Under the pieces are notes generated by a model that was not told the origin of the DNA, did not search any database, and worked only from the letters and a program-made list of their open reading frames with translations. From a virus (taxonomy: Duplodnaviria > Heunggongvirae > Uroviricota > Caudoviricetes): a DNA stretch of 64,000 nt. Made by a program: the position numbers and the translations under genes. Positions 1 to 9,695 of the stretch are shown in pieces (within the stretch, counting starts at the first letter, position 1; each line of letters begins with the position of its first letter). The DNA is taken from positions 42,321-106,320 of IMG/VR virus record IMGVR_UViG_3300020156_000001; one strand, 5' to 3'.

Positions 1-1900
1 CCTAGCCAAGACGCTTATCACAGACCCGGTTAAGACTGGTAAGAGTGTTGTACTTGATGGCAATGATTTGGTTTTGGGTACTCCATCACTTAGAACAAAT
101 GGTCTGGCAACTCCATTGATTCAAGCCGGCGGCTTTGAAACATATGCGATCAATGCGCCAACAATGTCCAAGGTAGATACCCAAGTTTCCGCTGGTGTTT
201 CGCATGGTCGTTTTGGTGGTGACAAGTTTGGTTCTTCTGTGGAGCTTATCGGTAACCAAGTTGTTATCGGTGCCCCAGGACACGACTACACAACAAACGG
301 CGAAGACTATCGTTTGGATCAAGGCGCATTGTTCGTATTTGAGAAGAAGGGTCCGGTTTACAGCTTCCGTAGCAAGATCAACTTGGAACTCGAATCCGAA
401 GCAACAGGCTTTGGTAAGACTCTAAAGGTAATCGGCGACAAGCTCTATGCGGGCACTGATGATGTTGCTCATAACGTTGAACTAACACAAACAAACGGCA
501 ACTGGGCAATTTCCAAGCATATTGAATCCACTGCGGGTAAGATTGCTGAGATTGTAAGCCAGAACAAGCTGATCGTGTTGGATCCAACAAGTGGTGCAGG
601 TCTAAATGGTCAGCCAACTCTTGCGGCTTCTGGTATTGCTCACACGTTTGCAATCGAATCCGATGGCACAACAACAGATCAGAATCAGTCCTATACGATC
701 CCAGGCAAGTCCCGTGGTCGTAACGCGGGTGATCAGTTCGGTTACTCCGTATACGCGGGCAATGACTTTGTTGTTGTTGGTGCTCCAAACCACAGCTTTG
801 ATGCAAATGGTCTCACACAGGACAAGGCAGGCGCGTTGTTCGTATTCAACAAGTCCGGCGACAAGTGGAATGCAGAAACAAAGATCGTTCCTGATCTAGC
901 AGCTACAACAGGTTTCGGTCGCACAATTGCTGGCCGTAACGGTTGGATCATTACAAGCGGTCTAACATTGGATGATGGCTTTGCTCGTGTAATGCAGCGC
1001 GTGGCAACTGGTGTTTGGGAAACTCGTAAGGATTACACTGGTACGGGTATTGGTGGTGATGGTTTTGGTATGGCAGTGGCTGCCGCAGACACAAATAAGT
1101 TTGCAATTGGCTCTCCGCTATCCGATTCTGACTTCACAGATACTGGTTCAGTTCAAACATACGAGCGTGTTGGCGCGGATTGGTTCAACCGCAATACTCT
1201 GCAAACACAAGGTCTAACAAAGGGTCGCAACGCAGGCGATTGGTTTGGTTACTCCGTAGCGTCGAACAAGAACTATGTGGTAATCGGTTCTCCAAAGTAT
1301 GCGTATGATGCAGTTGGTGCAAATGAACTAGCTGAATCTGGTGCACTCTGGATCTACTTGAAGAACAGCAAGTTCCCAATGATTGGCAAATATGTGAGCC
1401 CAGTTCGTTCGGAAAATGGTCTCTTTGGTAATGCAGTGGGCATTGATGAAAAGAGCAACCGCATTGCTGTTGGTGAACCTGGTACAAATAGTGTTCACGT
1501 GTTTGCGTTCGATGGTGAAACTCTCACTTTGGAACAAACGCTAACAGTTAGCGTTGGTACTAATGAAGTATTTGGCGTAACATTGGCGTTTAACGCGAAC
1601 ACAATTATTGTGGGTTCGGCAAAAGCTTCCACTGATGCCGATGGCGCAAATGAACTTGCTGATGCAGGTGCGGCCTATGTATTCGTCCGCGATAACTCCA
1701 ACGCAACTTGGAGTCTCAAGGAAAAGATCGCAGGCTTTGCAGAACCAAATGGTCGTCAAGATGGCGATCTAATGGGAACTGCCGTTGCAATCGACGCAAA
1801 GGGCTCGGCAATTATTGGTGCTCCAGGTCACGATTGGGATATCAATGGTGCAAACGAAGTTGCCGACGCTGGTGCAGTATTGATCAAAAAGGTAAAATGA
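1..1900 (+). CDS. FG-GAP/integrin-alpha beta-propeller repeat protein, probable tail/receptor-binding protein (5'-truncated by window)
   Basis: Repeated GDxFGxSV...VVGAP...GA(L/V)(F/Y)VF FG-GAP motifs throughout ORF 68..1900; frame appears open to window start. Confidence 0.8.
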   Translation, partial: LAKTLITDPVKTGKSVVLDGNDLVLGTPSLRTNGLATPLIQAGGFETYAINAPTMSKVDTQVSAGVSHGRFGGDKFGSSVELIGNQVVIGAPGHDYTTNGEDYRLDQGALFVFEKKGPVYSFRSKINLELESEATGFGKTLKVIGDKLYAGTDDVAHNVELTQTNGNWAISKHIESTAGKIAEIVSQNKLIVLDPTSGAGLNGQPTLAASGIAHTFAIESDGTTTDQNQSYTIPGKSRGRNAGDQFGYSVYAGNDFVVVGAPNHSFDANGLTQDKAGALFVFNKSGDKWNAETKIVPDLAATTGFGRTIAGRNGWIITSGLTLDDGFARVMQRVATGVWETRKDYTGTGIGGDGFGMAVAAADTNKFAIGSPLSDSDFTDTGSVQTYERVGADWFNRNTLQTQGLTKGRNAGDWFGYSVASNKNYVVIGSPKYAYDAVGANELAESGALWIYLKNSKFPMIGKYVSPVRSENGLFGNAVGIDEKSNRIAVGEPGTNSVHVFAFDGETLTLEQTLTVSVGTNEVFGVTLAFNANTIIVGSAKASTDADGANELADAGAAYVFVRDNSNATWSLKEKIAGFAEPNGRQDGDLMGTAVAIDAKGSAIIGAPGHDWDINGANEVADAGAVLIKKVK

Positions 1901-1905
1901 TATGG

Positions 1906-1938
1906 AAAAGGAGTTGGGGATTAGCCCAACTCCTTTTG
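1906..1938. terminator. Bidirectional intrinsic terminator between convergent genes
   Basis: AAAAGGAGTTGGG-atta-g-CCCAACTCCTTTT inverted repeat with A/T tails on both sides. Confidence 0.85.
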
Positions 1939-1963
1939 AACCGTTGCCCCTGAGGGCGCCGGA

Positions 1964-2335
1964 TTAGGCACCCTTGGTGATGGTTGCCTTGGCGCCTTCA
2001 ATGCCGGCGTCAGCGTCTTCAGTGAGGTAGAACCAGCCGTAGCGATCAGCCTGGACGCCGAACTTCTTGCCCTGCTCGAGGGAAATGTTCAGCTTGTCAA
2101 GCTGTTCGTCGGAAAGTTGAACCTTCAGGTTCGAACCCTGCGTCGGTGCGCTTAGGAAGTCGGCAAAAACGTGCGGGCCTTTTGCACGATCAGTTGGGCG
2201 GACGAACAGTGTGCCGTCCTTAACTGCCATGCGGAAGCGCGTTCCGTTGGCATGCTTGGTCATGAAGGCCGAAGCAGCAGCCGAGTTGAACGAAATGCCT
2301 ACAGCGCGGGAAGCGGTTTCGGTTTGATTTTCCAT
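1964..2335 (-). CDS. Hypothetical protein (paralog of 2664..2999)
   Basis: AGGAGATCG RBS before MENQ; shares KDGxLxVRP and YGW motifs with neighbour. Confidence 0.75.
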   Translation of the reverse strand: MENQTETASRAVGISFNSAAASAFMTKHANGTRFRMAVKDGTLFVRPTDRAKGPHVFADFLSAPTQGSNLKVQLSDEQLDKLNISLEQGKKFGVQADRYGWFYLTEDADAGIEGAKATITKGA

Positions 2336-2663
2336 TTTTCGATCTCCTATTGAGAAGTGCATCATGCTCTTCTTTAAGTTGCTAAACAGTTGCATCCCCT
2401 GCTCACTGCTTATGTCAGCCAATGTAATATTTTGCGGTTTTAAGTCAACCATAATGCTGAAAAAGGACGAGTCCTGACAACACTTTTTCCAAGAACTCTA
2501 CAAAATCAAGCACTTACAAATCGTAACTTTATCAACTAGTTACGTAAGAATGCTTGTCTCGCAACTTACGATGACCAAAATCAGCTTCCAAAAGGACTTC
2601 TGATATGGCTGGAGAGGATCCTTTTCAGATCCTCTCCAATTGTTTTCCGACGTTTGCGGCCGC

Positions 2664-2999
2664 TTACTTAGCAGCAACGCGACCGAAAGCCGTGCCCTTG
2701 GCCGGGGTGCCGGCGATCGGAGCAAGCGAAACCCAACCGTACTTGGCCTTGACCAGTTCGTAAGCTGCACCAGCTTCCAGGGCGGCCAGATCCGAAACCG
2801 TTACGCGGGCGCCGTTGACCTTGGAACCTTCAACCTTGAAGCTCAGCTTGCGCATTGTTTCGCCTTCCGGGAGATTCGTTGAGATCACCCGAGCCGACGG
2901 ACGAACCTGGAGAACGCCGTCCTTTTCGCGAACACGAATCTGCTTGTTTTCGCCGATGAGTGCGAGAGCTGCAACGTTGAAGTTAAGAACCTTTGCCAT
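2664..2999 (-). CDS. Hypothetical protein (paralog of 1964..2335)
   Basis: ORF with RBS and upstream promoter; KDGVLQVRP...KYGW. Confidence 0.75.
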   Translation of the reverse strand: MAKVLNFNVAALALIGENKQIRVREKDGVLQVRPSARVISTNLPEGETMRKLSFKVEGSKVNGARVTVSDLAALEAGAAYELVKAKYGWVSLAPIAGTPAKGTAFGRVAAK

Positions 3000-3150
3000 G
3001 TAAGTCTTCCTTTTCTCGATCTGTGCGCGTTAGTGCGCGTTTCTGTGTTTGCATTTCCAGCGCGTTGTTTGTTGCGCTTATGCCATTAAAGTAACACAGG
3101 AAGAGAAAGTGTCAACCAGTATATTCCTAAAAAAGCGAAAAGAATTGAAA

Positions 3151-3603
3151 TTATTTGGAAAGCTTTGAAACCATTGATAATTTTTTACGAGCATCTTTCA
3201 AAATGTCGTAGGTTTCTTTTAATCTGTTACGCAAAACAATTTCCTGACTACGCCACCATACATCCTGTTCATCGAACTTTGCTCGATGTTTGATATAATC
3301 GGTATAAGCGGTAGTAGCTTCATCTTGTACTTCATTGAAGATCACCCACATATCATGCGTGGGATCATCCGGATCAGGACACGTTGGTTCTAACCCAATA
3401 GTAATGTTGAAACGCTTGATCTGTTCGGGATGAGTATCATCATACTCCTGCTTGACCAAGCTGATATAACGGGACAAGTTCACGCAGGCTTTGGCCCAGG
3501 TGTCAAAATCACCCCTGAGCCAAGCATCCAAATCACGTGGATGGTAAGGATTCCCATTGACCCATATTAGATAGTCTTCAATGGGATGCGGTTCCTTAGG
3601 CAT
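3151..3603 (-). CDS. Hypothetical protein
   Basis: 150 aa ORF overlapping the upstream gene's stop. Confidence 0.6.
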   Translation of the reverse strand: MPKEPHPIEDYLIWVNGNPYHPRDLDAWLRGDFDTWAKACVNLSRYISLVKQEYDDTHPEQIKRFNITIGLEPTCPDPDDPTHDMWVIFNEVQDEATTAYTDYIKHRAKFDEQDVWWRSQEIVLRNRLKETYDILKDARKKLSMVSKLSK

Positions 3604-4051
3604 TTAGCACCGATTGAACAATGCCACTTGCGGTCTTCTTATTCAAAGAAGCACCAAAGTGGTCATTGAGAGCCTTCATCAACGGGCCCATCAGCTTTTT
3701 GCGGTCAGCCGTGGCACCAGCAGTTGCAACAAAATCCGTTGCAAACGTGCGAACTTCATCTTCAGTAGCTTCGGCCGGCAAAAATGACTTGAGTAGTTCA
3801 CGCTCAGCAAGAGCACGCTGATACTGGTCCAGGTTCTTAGTCGCGCTGAGCAGTGTGATGTTTTCTTCAGCACCCTTAAGAAAGCTGTTGATCGCACGAA
3901 GTGCTTGATCGTCGCCGAACGTGGTAGCTTTTGGATCTTCCGCCTTTGCGATGTCGTTGGCCTTGGAGCCAACCGAAATCAAAAATGTTGCAAGGGGATT
4001 CTTTGCCTTGCGGTATTCCAGCGTCTTATCCTTTAGTGCCTGCGCGTACAT
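3596..4051 (-). CDS. GatB/YqeY domain protein
   Basis: AERELLKSFLP and LMGPLMKAL motifs typical of YqeY; RBS AGGAGATCG before MYAQ. Confidence 0.75.
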   Translation of the reverse strand: MYAQALKDKTLEYRKAKNPLATFLISVGSKANDIAKAEDPKATTFGDDQALRAINSFLKGAEENITLLSATKNLDQYQRALAERELLKSFLPAEATEDEVRTFATDFVATAGATADRKKLMGPLMKALNDHFGASLNKKTASGIVQSVLNA

Positions 4052-4475
4052 TGCGATCTCCTTCGTGTAGCAGTACCCTTGGTCGAATTTTGTCCATGCT
4101 ATTGCTTTTAGCAAGTTCTTCGGCTTTTGCTAGAGCCTTAGACTCAATCCTGAATTTCTTTGCCTTTGCAAAGTCTTGGGTCCAATCCTCAACGTATTCG
4201 GAAGATGGAACCTCTTTGATAACATCCTTCATAGGAGTCTTGATCACTGTTTCGCGATCACCCCACCGATAGATTCCATTTTTGCCACGAGCATTTGGAA
4301 CTTGATAATGACCATAACCTTGCCGATTAACCCGACGATACCGTGGCTTTGCCTTTTCCTTATCGGTCCAATCTCTTGGCTCTTTTACTTTGATCGTGGT
4401 CATGATCGGGCGGGTGCCCGCATAATAGTTGTTGCCCACGCAAATGTAATAGAAGGATCCACGTTTCGTTTTCAT
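4026..4475 (-). CDS. Hypothetical basic protein
   Basis: ORF coupled (ATGA overlap) to upstream gene. Confidence 0.6.
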   Translation of the reverse strand: MKTKRGSFYYICVGNNYYAGTRPIMTTIKVKEPRDWTDKEKAKPRYRRVNRQGYGHYQVPNARGKNGIYRWGDRETVIKTPMKDVIKEVPSSEYVEDWTQDFAKAKKFRIESKALAKAEELAKSNSMDKIRPRVLLHEGDRNVRAGTKG

Positions 4476-4999
4476 GTTCGTCCAACCGTAATGTGAAATT
4501 TCCAATGGCTTGGTAGTTCAAACTCATCGCGCATGGCTTTGCCAACATCGCATACAGCATCCACAAACCAGTAAACGCCAAGCTTGTCGCTGCTAGATCC
4601 TGGAGTATCGCCAGAGAAACGCACAACGTTGGAGTATTTGAACTCCACACGCTGACCATCATATTTCTTCCACAGGTGCATGAGATGTGGACGCGGCTTT
4701 TCACCACGAATAATGCTCATGTGAGGACCCCAAGCGGGTAGATGCAAATCCTGCCGCTTATCCTTGTGTAGAGCCCAAGAAGCTTTTTGCCGATCCAGCG
4801 CATCATAGCGAAGTGGATTAATAAAGCGATTTGCCCACCAACGGTAATAGTCAGTAATGCCACGATCAAGCTCAACAACAACCCACCACTTTGTTTTGGC
4901 CTTCATGTCGCCACGATCCGGATCATAGACGACGGTGCCCCAGCTGGTAAACCAGTTGCGGGTTCGTTCGGCTTCCGTTAGCTTTACGTGCGCGTTCAT
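4472..4999 (-). CDS. Putative 2H phosphoesterase
   Basis: Two Hx(S/T) motifs: GPHMSII and KFHITVG. Confidence 0.55.
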   Translation of the reverse strand: MNAHVKLTEAERTRNWFTSWGTVVYDPDRGDMKAKTKWWVVVELDRGITDYYRWWANRFINPLRYDALDRQKASWALHKDKRQDLHLPAWGPHMSIIRGEKPRPHLMHLWKKYDGQRVEFKYSNVVRFSGDTPGSSSDKLGVYWFVDAVCDVGKAMRDEFELPSHWKFHITVGRT

Positions 5000-5158
5000 T
5001 TTAGAATACCAGTAACTTTTGCAGGTAGTTTGTTCGGCTTTTGTTTTGATATGGAAAGTCTCCGCACCATAATAACAGAGCGGAGACCAAAGTCAATTAC
5101 TTGATCAGTTTGATATGGAAAAGCCCTGAGGTGCTCAATCCTCAGGGCCGTGCTTAGA

Positions 5159-5566
5159 TTATTTCCAAGCTACCCGAACCCCATAGGATCCAGGAGATGC
5201 GTGGCAGCGAGCCGCCTTTTTGGGGTTTGCTCCAACTTTATTCACGCAGAGCTTGAGGTGGCGCATACCATATTTGAGACCTGCGCCGCAACTGTTCAGG
5301 GGACCGTCTCCCTTGCGATAGCCGAGTGCTCTTGCACTACCAGGACTAATTTGGAGGGGTCCATTGTAGCGACCCGGTGTGGAGCAACGGAATGTACTCT
5401 CTTTGTTCGCTACATACTCGATGACGTTACGTGGAACGCCATGTGCATCAGCCGATGCAAGGATGATTTGTTTAGACGATTTAGGGGAGTTGTTTGCAAC
5501 CACTTCAGTTGTGCTGCAAGATGCTACCATAACGCCAACGGCAATCATTGCCAGTATTTTTTTCAT
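5159..5566 (-). CDS. Lipoprotein with lytic transglycosylase (SLT-like) domain
   Basis: Signal peptide with lipobox VASC; catalytic KES motif and GPLQI motif. Confidence 0.7.
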   Translation of the reverse strand: MKKILAMIAVGVMVASCSTTEVVANNSPKSSKQIILASADAHGVPRNVIEYVANKESTFRCSTPGRYNGPLQISPGSARALGYRKGDGPLNSCGAGLKYGMRHLKLCVNKVGANPKKAARCHASPGSYGVRVAWK

Positions 5567-5589
5567 TGTTATTTCCTTTGTTTGGGCCC

Positions 5590-5991
5590 TTAATGGGTCC
5601 ATTCTCTTTTTGAACCAACATCCACGTGTAGGAGACCGGGTTGACCCTTATATGTCCCTATTCCGCCAATGCCTGGGGCTCGTTTTGCAATCCGTTTCAG
5701 GGCATTCGTTGAATACCCGGGAACTCTAATGTCGGCAGCTTTACAAGAGCGGTGTAAGCTTGCGCGTCGGCCATGTCTACGGTGGCCAGACGTAATGATT
5801 ATTTGTCCTTTAGTTTCCTTTTTAATGTAGGTGAGAACACCCAGTAGTTTTGCTGGAAAACAGCCATAACTGACTGTTTTGGTTTGTGGTACGAAAAGCT
5901 GTTTAGTCCGTCTTACTTCAGTACCTGATGCGATGGACGCTGACAACACTAAGGCTATCAGGGCCACGCATAAGCCCTTTTGGTATTTCAA
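5590..5991 (-). CDS. Secreted peptidase M15 family (Zn D-Ala-D-Ala carboxypeptidase-like)
   Basis: Signal peptide; ITSGHR, SLHxxxxAADI, GIGTY, LHVD motifs. Confidence 0.8.
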   Translation of the reverse strand: MKYQKGLCVALIALVLSASIASGTEVRRTKQLFVPQTKTVSYGCFPAKLLGVLTYIKKETKGQIIITSGHRRHGRRASLHRSCKAADIRVPGYSTNALKRIAKRAPGIGGIGTYKGQPGLLHVDVGSKREWTH

Positions 5992-6060
5992 TATTACTCC
6001 TTTTTTGATATAGAAAAAGGGCGGACTAAGCCGCCCTTTCGGTGCTTATGTATTTAGCCC

Positions 6061-6405
6061 TTACGCAGTCACTTTTTCGACAAATTCCTGCGTAGTGCTG
6101 TTCCACGTATATGCTTTGCCTTCCATGCGGAGACCCAGCAGATCCGAAAGGTTGATCATGCGAAACGCACCCTTGGTGTCTTCGCTGCCGTCGGCGTGTT
6201 GGACAACCTTCTGCATATCATAAACGACAAGCAGGTCCTTTGCCTTGGGATCGAACTTGAGGCCAACGCCCTTAACGCCCTTTTGAACGTTGCGGCGGCA
6301 ATTCATCGTGCGCTCTTCGCCGTTTGTGCGCTTGATAAAGTCCACGGTGAACACCTTGCCCGTAGCAGTCTTTTCGAGAAAATCTGCAAGCTTGAGATTG
6401 GCCAT
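6061..6405 (-). CDS. Conserved phage hypothetical protein (SH3-like beta fold predicted)
   Basis: FTVDFIKRTNGEERTM...FRMINL pattern common in large phages; RBS present. Confidence 0.65.
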   Translation of the reverse strand: MANLKLADFLEKTATGKVFTVDFIKRTNGEERTMNCRRNVQKGVKGVGLKFDPKAKDLLVVYDMQKVVQHADGSEDTKGAFRMINLSDLLGLRMEGKAYTWNSTTQEFVEKVTA

Positions 6406-6594
6406 TTCGATCACTCCTTTGTTAAACAACTGTCCACATCCTATGCGAGGACAGCCACTTTGTCAAGGCTGCTAGAGTAGAAATAGGAAGAAATCTGTTC
6501 CTGTTTGTCCACCTTACCACTTAAAGTAAACAAACTGCTAATAAAGATCAAGCCTAAAGTCATGGAAATGGCCGGAACAAGTCCGGCCATTCAA

Positions 6595-7269
6595 TTAGAA
6601 TATGAAGAACAATCCGGGCAGCGAAGCAAACGCGAGGATCAATACCATGATCAATCGCGTTCCTGCAACAGCGCCGTCGTCAATGGGCAAGCCCTTGGTA
6701 ATAGTTGTGGTAACTTCATCGTAGATGTCATTACCTTGGGGATCCTTCTTGATCGAATTGTCCTCATTGCGAACAAAACGCTTGGTAGTTTCCGTTGTGG
6801 TAGTTTCGGCCAAGCAAATCTTGCGGAAGTATTTGGACCAAAACGTCAGTAGCACGGTAAACCATAGGATACCAATACCAACATCGGCGATCCGGCCGGC
6901 AATTTCAGCACCGCCCAAGTTGTAGACGAGAAGGAAAAGCGCGACCTTGCCTGGAAGTGTGCCGGCGAATTCGTTTGCAGCGACACCAAGTTCCTTGGCA
7001 GCGTTGGCGATACCCGTGCCAATAGCTTTGCCCATGTCGGCATAGCCCTGCACGGTGTCCTTGTCGAACTTGACCTTTGACGCAATGTCGGAAAGATTTG
7101 TGGAAGTTTGCTTGGCAGAATCAACGATCTGCTGAATCTGTTTGACTTTGTCCGCAGGAAGACCATCTGTGTTGATCGTGGTCTGCGCCTGTTGTGCCGA
7201 AGCTATCGAGGGAGCGGCCATCACCGCTAGTCCCAAAAGTGCTGCGGCGAGAATGCTACGAATACGCAT
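6595..7269 (-). CDS. Hypothetical membrane protein with signal peptide
   Basis: N-terminal signal sequence, several hydrophobic segments. Confidence 0.7.
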   Translation of the reverse strand: MRIRSILAAALLGLAVMAAPSIASAQQAQTTINTDGLPADKVKQIQQIVDSAKQTSTNLSDIASKVKFDKDTVQGYADMGKAIGTGIANAAKELGVAANEFAGTLPGKVALFLLVYNLGGAEIAGRIADVGIGILWFTVLLTFWSKYFRKICLAETTTTETTKRFVRNEDNSIKKDPQGNDIYDEVTTTITKGLPIDDGAVAGTRLIMVLILAFASLPGLFFIF

Positions 7270-7429
7270 GTCCGCTCCTATAGGTTTAAGGTACTCTGGT
7301 ACTAAAACCACTGGAGCTTTTTGTCAATCCTCTTTTTAATTGCCGTGTAAAGGCGAGGACCAAGATAACCAATAGCAAAACCAATGCTCATATAAAGCAG
7401 CATCCAAAACGTATACGTTTCCTGAAAGC

Positions 7430-7609
7430 TCATTTAACCACCCGTAGATGCGTTTCCGCGCGTTTTGTTGTCCGACAGTCCCAGCGCGTATAAGCGTATT
7501 GGAACAAAGCTACAAGCCCTATGATTGCGAGGATGACAGCGCCCACAACAATTCCTGCAGGAATTGTGAGCATAAAGAATGAAAAGAAAAAATCGTGCAA
7601 ATGATTCAT
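7430..7609 (-). CDS. Small membrane protein
   Basis: AGGAG RBS before MNHL; long hydrophobic stretch. Confidence 0.55.
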   Translation of the reverse strand: MNHLHDFFFSFFMLTIPAGIVVGAVILAIIGLVALFQYAYTRWDCRTTKRAETHLRVVK

Positions 7610-7611
7610 AA

Positions 7612-7815
7612 AATCTCCTACAAGTTGAGTTTCCCCGATCCTCAACACCGCCCTGATTACCCCAGGTGTAGCACAAACCCATTGTAATCACATCCAGCCG
7701 CAAACCAGAAGATTGGAGAGCCAATCCCCTTTGTAGGAATAATCCAATGGACTGCTGGGCTTTCGTACCCGATGGTGCTAACTAGGCCCCAGCGTTGTCC
7801 GTTTCCATGCAGCGA
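7612..7815 (-). ncRNA. Candidate structured leader/small RNA
   Basis: Non-coding ~200 nt with stems GGAC..GCTGGG/CCCAGC..GTCC and TCCTACAA/TTGTAGGA, the latter covering the downstream RBS. Confidence 0.35.
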
Positions 7816-7882
7816 ATTTATTTGAGGAATATCTAAAAGTCAAGATAATAGGGCGACCAGATATGACCGCCCTATCAAAGTT

Positions 7883-8956
7883 TTAGTCGATAATTGCCCG
7901 CTTCTGCGGAGCCTTGTTCGGGAAAAGTTTCTCGTTGATTCGATTTTGGATAGTAAGAAGATCGAACAACGGAGCATAGGTACCACGGGTGCAAAATTTA
8001 TCTGAAGCTGCAAACTTCTTTGCAAATCCATTTGCTGCCGAGTAATCTTCTCCCTTGTTTTTATAGTTGCCTCCAAGCTTGTTAGCTTCGCTGGCCCAAC
8101 GTGCTGCAGAAGTACCCGAATTGACAGCCGTAAACTTAACCCATTCCGTGAACTTCTGTCGCAGTTTCCAATTGAGCATAATGTTGGGTTGCAAGCAAAT
8201 TAGCTGGGTCAAACCAAGCAACATCTGTGCAGGAATAGTCTTCTGTTTCGGAACCCAAAATTCCGAAAGCTTGATTGCAAATTTGACAACATCTTCGATA
8301 CCAAATTTATCGCCAACAATAACTTTTGGCCAATGTTCGTCGGAGATTTCCTTTTCCAACGCCATATGTAAAGTACGAGCGCCGACAAAACGTTGATTCA
8401 CAACTACATCACTTTCTTCAGTAGTGTGCGAATTCTTCGGCAGAATTCCAAATTCCTGGAACTTTTCGAAAAGTTCGTTTGCGCTTTCATCGCCAGCGCC
8501 ACGGCGCATATTAAACTGCTCATCAAGCGAGAGCGGCTTCTTGAGATCAACCTGAAAAGCCAGGCAAAGTCGATGGGCTTGTTCTTCATCGGCCACGTCG
8601 TGAATCATAGCCGGTAAGCTTTGTAGTTGTGGACATACTGTACGAGCAATTTCACGACGGTGATCACCATCGACCAACTTCAGCACAATCCTTGAAACAT
8701 TGGAAAGTGGATCCGTTTCGGTCCATCTAGCGACGATAATTGGAGTCCAAAGTTCTGGCCGATAACCGCCGTTGAGTTCAAGGTATTCCAAAGGAATTCG
8801 TTGCTGTGTTTCGCGCTGCTTTGCAATTGACGGAATGTTAATATCCACCCGACCGTACTCGGGAAACGTCATTTCCTCGAGAGGAATATGGTATTTTTCA
8901 GCATATTCCTTGGCCCGTGCTTGCGTTGCTTTGGTAGTAGTAGCTTTACTGGTCAT
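7883..8956 (-). CDS. ParB/Srx-like N-terminal domain protein
   Basis: PIIVA...LVDGDHRR ParB-type motif. Confidence 0.65.
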   Translation of the reverse strand: MTSKATTTKATQARAKEYAEKYHIPLEEMTFPEYGRVDINIPSIAKQRETQQRIPLEYLELNGGYRPELWTPIIVARWTETDPLSNVSRIVLKLVDGDHRREIARTVCPQLQSLPAMIHDVADEEQAHRLCLAFQVDLKKPLSLDEQFNMRRGAGDESANELFEKFQEFGILPKNSHTTEESDVVVNQRFVGARTLHMALEKEISDEHWPKVIVGDKFGIEDVVKFAIKLSEFWVPKQKTIPAQMLLGLTQLICLQPNIMLNWKLRQKFTEWVKFTAVNSGTSAARWASEANKLGGNYKNKGEDYSAANGFAKKFAASDKFCTRGTYAPLFDLLTIQNRINEKLFPNKAPQKRAIID

Positions 8957-9116
8957 TTCAAACTCCTCATTGTGTTAAAACCGTATCAACACACTATACG
9001 GAATTTGCGTTAGCACAAGCATTAATACAAATTACAAAACCTAGGCAATGGGCATAGTTAATAATTGGAAACCACTCATGGAAATAGGGCGACCGTTTCC
9101 GATCGCCCTATTAGGA

Positions 9117-9695
9117 TTATTTGCCGAACTGAATGCCCTTGTCCGTACCAGTACGGAAAGTATCCTGCGTGGCCGCGGAAAGGATTGGGTTGTACTGGGG
9201 AGCTTTCAGATCAATCTGTGGATAGCCGGCCTGAGTGTACCAAAACTTCGACCATGGCTTGCGAAGATCGCTGCGATAACCCTGGACACGAGCAATCAAA
9301 AGCTTCTGCTCGTTGAAGAAGTCACGCCGGCCGGACTCGATAATGCGCTGGACTTGATTGAAGAGATTTGGATCAATGTTTGGATAAGCTTCGCGAACAG
9401 CTTGTGCGACTGGCTTGACGCCGCCTTCACCATAACGTCCTTCGATAGAGCCGACGATCACTTCCTTGAGCGCGTCCTTGTAAGCGTTAGCAACGCCCAT
9501 GCTTTCGATAGCAGCCTGCGTAAACTGCGAGTACTTGGCAGCGTTGGTGCTGACCTGTGCTTCGATGCCTTCTTCGTGGTCGACGCCGCTGTTGGAGTAT
9601 GAGAAATACTGCGAAACAGCAAACACACCGATCAACAGCACGGCTGCGATTGAAGCAATTGCGACGAGCTTTCCGCCGCCAGTTTTTGAACTCAT
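9117..9695 (-). CDS. LemA-like membrane-anchored protein
   Basis: Single N-terminal TM, helical soluble domain with YPNI and IESGRRDF; coupled to upstream membrane gene. Confidence 0.55.
   Translation of the reverse strand: MSSKTGGGKLVAIASIAAVLLIGVFAVSQYFSYSNSGVDHEEGIEAQVSTNAAKYSQFTQAAIESMGVANAYKDALKEVIVGSIEGRYGEGGVKPVAQAVREAYPNIDPNLFNQVQRIIESGRRDFFNEQKLLIARVQGYRSDLRKPWSKFWYTQAGYPQIDLKAPQYNPILSAATQDTFRTGTDKGIQFGK

Noticed and set aside
6051-6057. TAAATA as late promoter for the M15 peptidase/transglycosylase pair
   Set aside because: A terminator-like hairpin (6014-6040) lies between it and the gene, so the link is not supportable.
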